Below are positions 18,571-26,794 of a DNA stretch of 51,422 bases, one piece after another; position 1 is the stretch's first letter; each line of letters starts with the position of its first letter. The notes under the pieces are model-generated. The model saw nothing but the letters and a program-made list of their open reading frames with translations. It was not told where the DNA came from and did no database searches. This DNA is from an uncultured bacterium (lineage in GTDB: Bacteria > Actinomycetota > Actinomycetes > S36-B12 > UBA10799), in NCBI GenBank assembly GCA_965651595.1, contig CBFGTA010000001.1, positions 1 to 51,422 of the forward strand. Reading direction: 5' to 3'. A program made the position numbers and the translations under genes.

Positions 18571-20181
18571 TCAAGCTTGGGCCGGGGAGAAGCCGTAGCA
18601 ATGGTCGATTGCTGCTTGGAGGGAGCCGGGGCGCGCCTCGGTGCGGCACGCGATATATCCGTCGGGCCGAACGAGCATCCAGGTCGGACCTGTGATCGAA
18701 AATTCTTTCTGGATTCGCTGGCCAGGATCTTGCAGCAGGGTGACGCCATCCAGAAGTCGCGGCGGCTCTCGGTCGGTCACGACGAAAGCGCTCAGGTTAT
18801 CGAATCGGGAGTTAGCGGCGGACAACTCCCCAAGGGCCGGGTGAGTCGGTTCAGCGAACAGGATTAGGCGGTGGCCGAGGCCGCGGATCGCTTCCCGCAA
18901 GGTCATTTCAGCACCGTCACGGACGATTCCAGTGCTGTGAGGTAGCCGATCTCCCGCACCGGGGCAAGCGTGAGACCGGTCCGCGTGCCTCGCCACGATA
19001 GGGCTGCGGTGGTAATGGATCGACGTCTGGGCGATCTGCCGAGACTGTTCGGTGGTCCACCCGTCGTGGTGGTAGAGGTGGCGGAGCACGCGATCACGCA
19101 TCCGTTGGGTTGTGCCGTGCGTGAAGGTTGTCAGGCGCTCTTGGAGTCCAGCCTGGTGCACGATGGCGGTGTCGATTGGTCGTCGTTCGGCGTCGTAGCT
19201 GTCCAGGATCCGCGGTGATACCAGGTCGGCTTTGACCATGGCGAGTTTCCAGGCGAGGTTCCACCCGTCCTGGATACCTGCGTTCATCCCCTGCAAAGAG
19301 ATGGGGCTGTGTTCGTGGGCGGCGTCACCGGCTAAGAACACCTGCCCGGACCGGAAGCGGCGCGCGTGATGGTGGTGGACCATGAAGTATGTGGTCCAGA
19401 CCGCGTCAACGACGCGGGCCGGTGTCGGTAGAACCGCATCGAGCATGTCTTGAAAGTCACTGACGGTGGGATTTGGTGGACGGCCGCCCGGGGCGAGCGG
19501 ACCACAGTTGACGAAGATTCGCCACCGGTTGTCCGGCATGCTGTAGATCTGTACCGACCCGCGATGCTTCATGAACGCCGCTGCTTCGTGGGCGTCGCCG
19601 TCTGGCCAATCGAGGTCGACATCCCCGAGTGCGTAGCTGGTGGGGTAGTCGCCGCCGACATAGTCGATGCCAGCCAAGTGGCGCACTGTCGAATGAGGGC
19701 CGTCGGCGCCGATCAACCAACGGGACCGGTGTTCTTCACGGCCCTTTGGGGTCGCCAGGGTTGACACGACTGATGCGGACTCCTCTCGTAGTTCGGTGAG
19801 TTCGCTTTGCCAATCGATCTGACCACCGAGGTCGTGGAGGTGGTCGGTTAGCCGAGCCTCGGTCTCGTTTTGCGGCAGGCTGAGAATAAACGGATAGCGG
19901 GTCGGCAACCCTGTGAATGTTGTCTCCCCGATGCGCTCGCCATCGGAGTAATACGCCAGACACTTCCAGTTCACCCCGGCGTCCAGGAAGGAATCGACGA
20001 TGCCGAGTTCCTCGAAGATCTCTAGTGTGCGAGCTTGTAGGCCAGCGGCCTTCGACAGGCCAGCTGGCCCGCTGGCTTTGTCGATCAAGCGGACCGACAA
20101 GCCGCGCCGCACTAGTTCCGCGGCAACGAAGATACCGGTGGGCCCGGCCCCGGCAACGAGCACATCTGAGTAGGAAGCCAT
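18571..20181 (-). CDS. FAD-dependent aromatic-ring monooxygenase (PHBH fold with C-terminal thioredoxin-like domain; PcpB/TfdB/RdmE-like)
   Basis: Starting at ATG 20181, the sequence reads MASYSDVLVAGAGPTGIFVAAELVRRG (GxGxxG). IGADGPHSTVR and FLAGDAAHEHSPISLQGMNAGIQDGWNLAWKL follow. The size of about 537 aa fits this class. The ORF-track extension to 20355 is not protein-like. Confidence 0.85.
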   Translation of the reverse strand: MASYSDVLVAGAGPTGIFVAAELVRRGLSVRLIDKASGPAGLSKAAGLQARTLEIFEELGIVDSFLDAGVNWKCLAYYSDGERIGETTFTGLPTRYPFILSLPQNETEARLTDHLHDLGGQIDWQSELTELREESASVVSTLATPKGREEHRSRWLIGADGPHSTVRHLAGIDYVGGDYPTSYALGDVDLDWPDGDAHEAAAFMKHRGSVQIYSMPDNRWRIFVNCGPLAPGGRPPNPTVSDFQDMLDAVLPTPARVVDAVWTTYFMVHHHHARRFRSGQVFLAGDAAHEHSPISLQGMNAGIQDGWNLAWKLAMVKADLVSPRILDSYDAERRPIDTAIVHQAGLQERLTTFTHGTTQRMRDRVLRHLYHHDGWTTEQSRQIAQTSIHYHRSPIVARHADRSHACPGAGDRLPHSTGIVRDGAEMTLREAIRGLGHRLILFAEPTHPALGELSAANSRFDNLSAFVVTDREPPRLLDGVTLLQDPGQRIQKEFSITGPTWMLVRPDGYIACRTEARPGSLQAAIDHCYGFSPAQA

Positions 20182-20227
20182 TGCCTGATTATGGGCGATA
20201 CCAGTGGCGATTGCGACGTCAAGATTG

Positions 20228-20270
20228 CTGCACGGCGGCCGCAACCGTAGGCAGGACTGCACGGCGGCCG
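20228..20270. promoter_or_regulatory. Perfect 14-bp direct repeat in the divergent monooxygenase intergenic region
   Basis: CTGCACGGCGGCCG occurs at 20228-20241 and again at 20257-20270, with starts 29 bp apart. The repeat lies 47-90 bp upstream of the 20181 start. Confidence 0.3.
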
Positions 20271-20617
20271 GGACACGTTTTCCTAGTACCCTACGGCGTG
20301 TTCCGGGCCAGGTGCCGACACCAACGTGATTGGAGGACGAACGAGGTGCGTCCACAATTTCGGCCTCCCGGTCAGCGCTTGGGCCACCTAGTAATTGGAT
20401 GTGGCGTCACTGTCCGGAGGCGTGGATACGGGGACTGGTAGGCCGTCAATTGTGTGTCCAGCCAAGGTGCCAGACCGTGTTACGGCCACCGCCATCTGAT
20501 GTTGAAGCTGCGCGTAGGCGCATATGGCTCATCTAGTATGGCTGCGTCAGTCTGCAACGAGATCAACCCGTGTTCGGGTAGCGCGATGGGGAGCCGGAAG
20601 TGCCGAGGAGGAAACCG

Positions 20618-21757
20618 ATGCGAGTACTCGTCATCGGTGGCGGGATAGCAGGGCTGACCCTGGCGGCTCATCTGCGCATTCGCGGGATCACGCCGGTGGT
20701 GATCGAGCGAGCACCCGAGTACGGCGATGTCGGGTTCTCGATTGGGCTGTATCCGTTCAGCGCCAACACGCTGCGCGAGATCGGGGCATACGACGAGTAC
20801 ATCCGCCAATCGAAGCCGATGCGCAACTACTTCATGCACGACCAACGAGGCGACGTGCTGCAAGAATTGTCCATGCCCGACGTGCTCTCGACTATCCCTG
20901 GTGAGATGCGGATGCTCCATAGAGCTGCCTTGGTCGAGATCCTGCTCGCCGCCGCCGGGGTCGACGTCCGCATGGGTACCACTGTTGCGAACATCGCAAC
21001 AGGCGATGACCGCGTCCGGGTCGCGTTCAGCGATGGGGACGACGGGGAGTTCGATCTTGTCGTGGGAGCCGAAGGCATGCATTCGCCAACCCGTGCCTCG
21101 CTGGTGCCGGACCAGGACACGACGAAGGACTGGGGATTCACCGCGCTCACGTGGTGGATACCGGACGACGACGCAATCGGCTCAGACGTGCATGAGTATT
21201 GGGGGGCCGCAGCCTTCTTCGGCGTCTATCCAATTCCGGGCAAGGTCATGGCGATTGCTGCCGCACCAACTCCACCAGACATTGACGAACTGTCGCAAGA
21301 CCAACTGCGCGAAATCGCCATTGAGGCAGCAAATCAGTTTTCTGATCTAGCGCAGGGAGCTGCCGCAAGGATCGGTGACCAAGACGTGTTTGCGTGGCGT
21401 ATGATCGATCAACTCAGCCCGACGTGGTCACAAGGCCGAGTTGCTGTCGTTGGTGATGCGGCTTCGGGGTTCCTTCCGACCGCTGGCGTAGGTGCATCAA
21501 ATGCGATGAAGAGTGCTGCGGTACTCGCTGACGAACTCGGCAGAGCGGATGCGGCAACGATTCCGCTCGCCCTCAAATTGTGGGAAGCGAGGGCCCGCCA
21601 GAAGGTCGAAACGAATCTGAACGCATCCAGAACGATCGGCAAGTTCACTTTCATTAAAGGCAAGTCTGCCGCCCATGTGCGCGATCTCCTCATCCGGCAT
21701 TACCCAGCAGAACGCGCGGTCAAGCAGATCCTCGACTGCAACACCCAGCCGTTCTGA
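20618..21757 (+). CDS. FAD-dependent monooxygenase (UbiH / salicylate-hydroxylase-like)
   Basis: MRVLVIGGGIAGLTLAAHLRIRGITPVVIER (GxGxxG), VVGAEGMHSPTR and VAVVGDAASGFLPTAGVGASNAM are readable. GAGGAGG lies 6 nt before ATG 20618. Confidence 0.85.
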   Translation: MRVLVIGGGIAGLTLAAHLRIRGITPVVIERAPEYGDVGFSIGLYPFSANTLREIGAYDEYIRQSKPMRNYFMHDQRGDVLQELSMPDVLSTIPGEMRMLHRAALVEILLAAAGVDVRMGTTVANIATGDDRVRVAFSDGDDGEFDLVVGAEGMHSPTRASLVPDQDTTKDWGFTALTWWIPDDDAIGSDVHEYWGAAAFFGVYPIPGKVMAIAAAPTPPDIDELSQDQLREIAIEAANQFSDLAQGAAARIGDQDVFAWRMIDQLSPTWSQGRVAVVGDAASGFLPTAGVGASNAMKSAAVLADELGRADAATIPLALKLWEARARQKVETNLNASRTIGKFTFIKGKSAAHVRDLLIRHYPAERAVKQILDCNTQPF

Positions 21758-21910
21758 CACGTACCGCAGCTAGGTCGCCAGTTGCGACACCGCACGTCGG
21801 GCGAAGGTGACGACACGAGTCGCTGCAATACAGACCTACCACGGTTCTGACGTTTGGAGTGGACCGCCTTCTTCTGAGTTGTCTAGTTGATCACCACTGC
21901 GACCCGTGTC

Positions 21911-24900
21911 ATGATTTCCCGCATGAATCTCTCTCGGGGGCGTGCTCGGCCCACCATCGTAGTTGGTGCGGTCGGAGCCCTCATGGCAGCTGCAGTTGCG
22001 CCTTTCGCCCTCAGTACTGCTCAGGCAGCCACGGTGGAGTACGGCTTCACTGGCTCGCTGCAAACGTGGTCGGTGCCGGTTGAGGTCGTCACCGCAGCCG
22101 CCACTCTGACCGGAGGGCAGGGCGCCAACAGCCCCGACACCGGGGAGGTGGGCCCAGCCGAGGGAGGACAAGGTGCGCAAGTATCAGCGGTGTTCGAAAT
22201 CCCGGCCGAAACGACTCAATTGAATGTCTATGTGGGTGGTTCAGCTAGCGGGTCTGCTGGCGGCTGGAACGGTGGTGGCGACGGCGGCTCGGGTGATTTC
22301 GCTGGCGATTCCGGCGGTGGCGGAGGGGGAGCGAGCAGCATCAGCCAAACCGATGGGACGCCGATTCTCGTTGCTGGCGGCGGTGGCGGCGCCGGAGGAT
22401 TCAACGGTGAGGGTGATGCCCCCGGTAACGGTGGTGACGCCGGAACTGGCACTGACGGTGTCGGATCTCCGGGCAGCGCCAGTCCGACCGGGGAAGCCGG
22501 TGGAGCGGCCGGCATTGTCGCCGGCGGTGCTGGCGGGGCCGGGGGAACGGCACCGTCGGACAGCAACAGCGGTGGGGGCGGCGGCGGAGGCGCGGGCTTC
22601 AACGGTGGCGGTGGCGGATCCGCGGGCGGGAGCCTGCTGTCGGCTTCCTCAAGCGGTGGCGGTGGCGGGGCAGGATCGTCTTTCGCAGCCGTCGGCACTA
22701 GCAACGTGAGCTACGAGACCGCCGGTGACCAGCCGAACGGAGGGTCAGTGCAGCTGACGTGGATCGACATGTCGCCGACCGCGCTCGGGGCCCTGGCGGT
22801 GGGATCCTCGGCTTCGATTCCTCTGTCGTCGACGTACTCTGGCGGCTCGATCACCTGGTCAGTCGTTGGCGGCCAGTTGCCGCAGGGGCTGACCCTCAAC
22901 GGCTCCGCCATTTCCGGCACGCCGATCGCGACCGAGAACTACCAGTTCACCCTGCAAGCCGCCGATCCGGTGGCAGGTTTGGTGTCTCAGTTGCAGTTCA
23001 GCGGCACCGTCACGGGCGCCCCGACGGTCACAGTTCAGCAGGCGTCATCGATCACGGCACATGCAGCAACCGGCAACGGGCAGGTCAATCCGGGCAATGA
23101 GGCGGTCACGTCGATCGAGTGCCGCGTCGCCGCCGATCCCGCCCAGGTCGCGAGCGGGAAGCGGTTCCCCGCTACGCCCTCGACGTTGACCGCATCCGAT
23201 AGCCCCACTCCCGTCACTTGCGGGATGTCGGGCCTCATTTCGAACACCGAATACCATTACGCGTTCTACGCGACCAACGCCTCCGGCACCGGCAACTCGA
23301 TCGCTGAACCATTCACGACAGCGACGCAGTTGCCGACGGTCAGCACCGAGCCTGCCCAGGCCATCACCCCCACAACCGCGATTGGTGTGGGTACGGTCAA
23401 TCCTCATCTCACCGAGGCCGACCTTTCTTGCCGAGTGGCGACGTCCATCGCCGGGATCGCTGGATCCACTGCCGTGGCAGCCAGCCCTTCCCCAACAGCC
23501 CCGGTGGATACAAAAGTGGCGGCGATCTGCGCGTTCACTGGCTTGGCTCCCGACACGACGTACTACTACCGGTTCTATGCCGAAAATGAAGCTGGCGAAA
23601 ACTCTGGCAGCGTGCAGTCGTTCACCACCGGTGCGACCGCCCCGATCGTGACCGTCGGGGCCGCCACCGACGTCGGCTACACGTCCGCGACCGGTACCGG
23701 TACCGTCACAGCCACCAACGACCCGATCGACGACGTCTATTGCCGCGTCGCTTCATCCCCCGAGACGGTGACGAGTGGGACGAGGGTCACCGCCACTCCT
23801 TCCACAGTCGACGCCGCGGCCGTGGCTGTGCCGGTCAGCTGCGGCTTCACCGGACTGACCCCCGGGACGACCTACTACTACCAAGTGTTCGCCGTCGACT
23901 CGGCCGGTACTGGAACAGGACAGTCTCCCGCAACATTCACGACGGCCCTGAGCGAGCCGGTGATCTCGGTAGGGACAGCCAGCGTGGTGAGTTCAACCTC
24001 GGCGATCGGTCACGCCACGGTTTCGACCTCCAGCCAGGCAGTGAGTTCCTTGGAGTGTCGGGTTGCCTCCAGTCCTGACACCGTCAGCAGCGGCAAGAGA
24101 TTCTCGGCAACGCCAGCCACGGTCGCGCCCCAATCGTTCGGCGTAGCCGTCGAATGCCCGCTGGCCAATCTCACTCCTAACTCCACCTACTACTACGCAG
24201 TGATCGCGGTGAGTAGCGGCCAGCACTACAGTTCTGCAGTCTCCGACGGATTCACGACCCCTGGAGCGGTGCCTACGGTGAGCGGCGCGACGCCAACTGC
24301 GGTCGGAACTACGGCAGCGCGGATCCGAGCGCGCGTCACAGCCAATAATTCCTCGGTGTCCGGGATCGAGTGCCGCATATCGACGTCTCCGTCTGACGTG
24401 GATGATGGTGTCGTTTTTCCCGCCACCCCCGCAGCAGTCCCGGCCAGCGCTGATCGCAAGCCGGTCACGTGTGCCATCGAGGGTCTGGACGTGGACACCG
24501 TCTACTACGTTCGTGCCTACGCCACCAATGCAGTGGGCACAGCTGCCGGGGCCGGGGCTAGCTTCACGACTTCCGCCAGCCCGCCGATGGTCACCACTCA
24601 GGCCCCGACAAACGTCACGTCTGCGCGGGCCACTGGCCACGCCACTGTCACCGCCACCGGTGAACCGGTAACAGACATTGGTTGCGCTTACTCCACAAAT
24701 GCTGGATCGGTGGGTCAGGGCACAGTGGTTGCCGCCAGTCCGTCGTCGGCCCAGGCCACGGCCGAGGATGTCCCGGTCGCCTGCGCATTGACTGGCCTGC
24801 AGCCCAATACGACTTATTACTATTCCGCCTTTGCTTCCGATGCCGATGGCACGGCTTGGTCGACACCCGTCGTGCCGTTTACAACGGCCGCAATCACACC

Positions 24901-25489
24901 GAGCGTCACCGGCCTGACCGCAAGTTCTATCACGGTGGTCACGGCTCAACTGACAGCAACAATTAACCCGCAGAACAGCGCGGTCACTTCGGTGTACTGC
25001 CAGGTGTCCACGTCGATCAGTTCCCTCTCGCAGGCTCCGCGCCTGGTCGCGCAGCCTGCGAGCCTTGGCCCATCGATGACCCCACAGAAGGCCGTCTGCC
25101 CCGTATCCCACTTGACGGCTGGCCAGCCGTACTTCTGGCAGTTGACGGCCGTCGGTTCAGCCGGAACCACGTCGAGCTCCCCAGCTAGCTTCACCACCGC
25201 TGGTCGTTCTGGCCCGCCGGTGGTACCGCCTCAGAAGATCAAGAAGAAGGGCAAGACCGTGCTGCTGTCTGGCCCGAGCTACAGCACCTCTGGCCAGCGA
25301 ATTGGCGTCACACTGAAAGTCACACCGAGGGGGGCCGCACCGAACAAGCCCGATTATCGGGTCGTTCGCAAGAACGGGCGCGTCGCGATCAAGACCTATG
25401 GGCATAAGCTGCGAGTCACAGTCATCTACCGAGCATCCGCCCCTGCGGGTGGATCGGGATATAAGCTGTCCCGGACCTACCGAACCTAG
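21911..25489 (+). CDS. Giant secreted multidomain protein: signal peptide, ALK/LTK-type glycine-rich domain, putative Ig (He_PIG-like) domain, 7 FN3-like repeats, basic C-terminal domain
   Basis: The signal peptide reads MISRMNLSRGRARPTIVVGAVGALMAAAVAPFALSTAQA. Residues of about 48-292 of the track ORF (nt 22028-22762) read YGFTGSLQTWSVPVEV..LTGGQG...LNVYVGGSA..GGWNGGGDGG..GGGGGGASSI...ILVAGGGGGAGG, the pattern I associate with Pfam PF12810. LPQGLTLNGSAISGTPIATENYQFTLQAAD (nt 22772-22972) is He_PIG-like. Seven units ending in FTT follow. The start is ambiguous (TTG 21887, ATG 21911, ATG 21923). Confidence 0.85.
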   Translation: MISRMNLSRGRARPTIVVGAVGALMAAAVAPFALSTAQAATVEYGFTGSLQTWSVPVEVVTAAATLTGGQGANSPDTGEVGPAEGGQGAQVSAVFEIPAETTQLNVYVGGSASGSAGGWNGGGDGGSGDFAGDSGGGGGGASSISQTDGTPILVAGGGGGAGGFNGEGDAPGNGGDAGTGTDGVGSPGSASPTGEAGGAAGIVAGGAGGAGGTAPSDSNSGGGGGGGAGFNGGGGGSAGGSLLSASSSGGGGGAGSSFAAVGTSNVSYETAGDQPNGGSVQLTWIDMSPTALGALAVGSSASIPLSSTYSGGSITWSVVGGQLPQGLTLNGSAISGTPIATENYQFTLQAADPVAGLVSQLQFSGTVTGAPTVTVQQASSITAHAATGNGQVNPGNEAVTSIECRVAADPAQVASGKRFPATPSTLTASDSPTPVTCGMSGLISNTEYHYAFYATNASGTGNSIAEPFTTATQLPTVSTEPAQAITPTTAIGVGTVNPHLTEADLSCRVATSIAGIAGSTAVAASPSPTAPVDTKVAAICAFTGLAPDTTYYYRFYAENEAGENSGSVQSFTTGATAPIVTVGAATDVGYTSATGTGTVTATNDPIDDVYCRVASSPETVTSGTRVTATPSTVDAAAVAVPVSCGFTGLTPGTTYYYQVFAVDSAGTGTGQSPATFTTALSEPVISVGTASVVSSTSAIGHATVSTSSQAVSSLECRVASSPDTVSSGKRFSATPATVAPQSFGVAVECPLANLTPNSTYYYAVIAVSSGQHYSSAVSDGFTTPGAVPTVSGATPTAVGTTAARIRARVTANNSSVSGIECRISTSPSDVDDGVVFPATPAAVPASADRKPVTCAIEGLDVDTVYYVRAYATNAVGTAAGAGASFTTSASPPMVTTQAPTNVTSARATGHATVTATGEPVTDIGCAYSTNAGSVGQGTVVAASPSSAQATAEDVPVACALTGLQPNTTYYYSAFASDADGTAWSTPVVPFTTAAITPSVTGLTASSITVVTAQLTATINPQNSAVTSVYCQVSTSISSLSQAPRLVAQPASLGPSMTPQKAVCPVSHLTAGQPYFWQLTAVGSAGTTSSSPASFTTAGRSGPPVVPPQKIKKKGKTVLLSGPSYSTSGQRIGVTLKVTPRGAAPNKPDYRVVRKNGRVAIKTYGHKLRVTVIYRASAPAGGSGYKLSRTYRT
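23018..25198 (+). repeat. Seven tandem protein-level repeats of 101-105 aa (FN3-like), each with a conserved Cys pair
   Basis: Hand-counted unit boundaries in track-ORF residues are 378-479, 480-581, 582-686, 687-791, 792-895, 896-1000 and 1001-1104. The shared pattern is P.V...A..IT...A.G.G.V........(E/Y)C(R/Q)V(A/S)......(26-29 aa)...C...GL.P.TTYYY...A.....G......FTT. The units are diverged, so there is no near-identical DNA repeat. Confidence 0.8.
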
Positions 25490-25531
25490 GCCCACATTGA
25501 TTGGTGAAGGGCAAATACTGGAGAGGTGTTG

Positions 25532-26794
25532 ATGAGCACCGCGCGGACCACTACCTGGTGGATGCTGGCCTGCCGGATCATTCTGTGGGCGGCAGTCGCC
25601 GCATCCGTTGCCTACTACGTTCATGAATCGGCCACAACCGTCATGTACGACCTGGATGTCTACATTGAAGGCGCTCGCGCGGCACTAGGGGGAGGCGATC
25701 TTTACGGTGATCGCTTCGGACCCATCGGACTTCCGTTCCTCTATACACCGATCTCGGCCGTGCTGTTCATGCCGTTCACCGTCGTCAGTACTACGTCTGC
25801 TCAGGTCGTGTGGGGGATCGTCACGCTGGCCAGCGCGCTCGGGCTAGCTGCACTGGCGGTTCGCCACTACAGCTCCTGGAGTGATACCCAGCGTTGGGCG
25901 ATTCCGATCGTGACCCTCGGTGTCCTGTGGTCAGACCCCTTCAACACTGGTTTCGGGTTCGGGCAGATCAACGTCCTGCTCGCCCTGCTGGTTGTGGCGG
26001 ACTTGACGCGATCCACTGGCCGCTTGCCGCAGGGTGTCTTGATTGGGGTCGCTGCGGCGATCAAGCTCACTCCACTGTTCCTCATCGCCTACTTCGTCGT
26101 GACTCGCCGCTATCGAGCCGCCGCCTGGTCGTCGGCGACGTTCGTTGGTGTCGGTCTCATGGGCTTCCTCGTCCTGCCTGCCCAATCGGCCACGTACTGG
26201 TCGGGACTGTTCCTCGATGCTGATCGAGTGAACGGCTCCTACCTGTCAAACCAGTCGTTTACCGCCGTTGTACTGCGAGTCGTCGAACGAGAAGGCGACG
26301 GAGGGCTGCTCGTCCTCGCCCTCACTGGCCTCCTAGCTGTGGCCGCACTGGCGTGGGCTCACTACGCCTATCCGCGACTACCCCGGGCCACGGACGCAGT
26401 CTTACTCGTGATCATTCTCCTGGTTAGCCCCCTGGCCTGGACTCACCATTGGATCACGGCACTTCCACTCGTGCTCGTCGCTGTGACATGGCCGATTTCG
26501 TCAGGCCCCAAGGCCGTGGGGTGGGCTGTCCGCTGCTCCGGGATCTTGTTTGCTGCGGTGCTTGTGACGGGTTGGGTCTGGAGAGCTCCCCACGATGACG
26601 ATCGAGAGTTTGGGTGGACGGTCAGCCAGTCCTTGGTGGGCAACAGTTACGTCCTGGTGGCGTCTTTGGTGGTAGCGCTGATCGTTGTCGGCAGTTTTTG
26701 TCGACCTGCGCGATCCCCCGATCAATCAGAGACAGGCACGACAGGCACCGGACAACCAGGCGCCGTCGAGACTGTCGCGGCGCCACCTCGGTGA
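25532..26794 (+). CDS. GT87-family (DUF2029) polyprenol-phosphate-sugar-dependent glycosyltransferase, polytopic membrane protein
   Basis: MYDLDVYIEGARAALGGGDLYGDRFGPIGLPFLYTPISAVLFMPF and GVAAAIKLTPLFLIAYFVV are the blocks typical of GT87 mannosyltransferases. There are about 10 TMS. The gene starts 42 nt after the giant gene with no intervening hairpin. GGAGAGG precedes ATG 25532; GTG 25526 is also possible. Confidence 0.8.
   Translation: MSTARTTTWWMLACRIILWAAVAASVAYYVHESATTVMYDLDVYIEGARAALGGGDLYGDRFGPIGLPFLYTPISAVLFMPFTVVSTTSAQVVWGIVTLASALGLAALAVRHYSSWSDTQRWAIPIVTLGVLWSDPFNTGFGFGQINVLLALLVVADLTRSTGRLPQGVLIGVAAAIKLTPLFLIAYFVVTRRYRAAAWSSATFVGVGLMGFLVLPAQSATYWSGLFLDADRVNGSYLSNQSFTAVVLRVVEREGDGGLLVLALTGLLAVAALAWAHYAYPRLPRATDAVLLVIILLVSPLAWTHHWITALPLVLVAVTWPISSGPKAVGWAVRCSGILFAAVLVTGWVWRAPHDDDREFGWTVSQSLVGNSYVLVASLVVALIVVGSFCRPARSPDQSETGTTGTGQPGAVETVAAPPR

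Noticed and set aside
17886-18649. Minus-strand ORFs (17886-18428 and 18173-18649) in the decayed region, considered as possible real genes of the islet.
   Set aside because: No recognisable motifs were found. Both have skewed Arg/Pro/His composition and overlap each other and the phosphoesterase fragment. They are treated as non-coding or decayed sequence pending a database search.
22228-22704. 158-aa Pro-rich ORF on the minus strand (PPPPPLEE...PAPPAPPATMP).
   Set aside because: It is the mirror image of the Gly-rich (GGN) coding region of the giant protein, because GGN reads as NCC on the other strand. It has no independent start context and is a compositional artefact.
23993-25111. 372-aa minus-strand ORF antisense to the FN3-like repeat region.
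   Set aside because: The translation is Arg/Gly/Cys-rich and not protein-like, and the ORF lies entirely within a well-supported plus-strand gene. Long antisense ORFs of this kind are typical of high-GC DNA.
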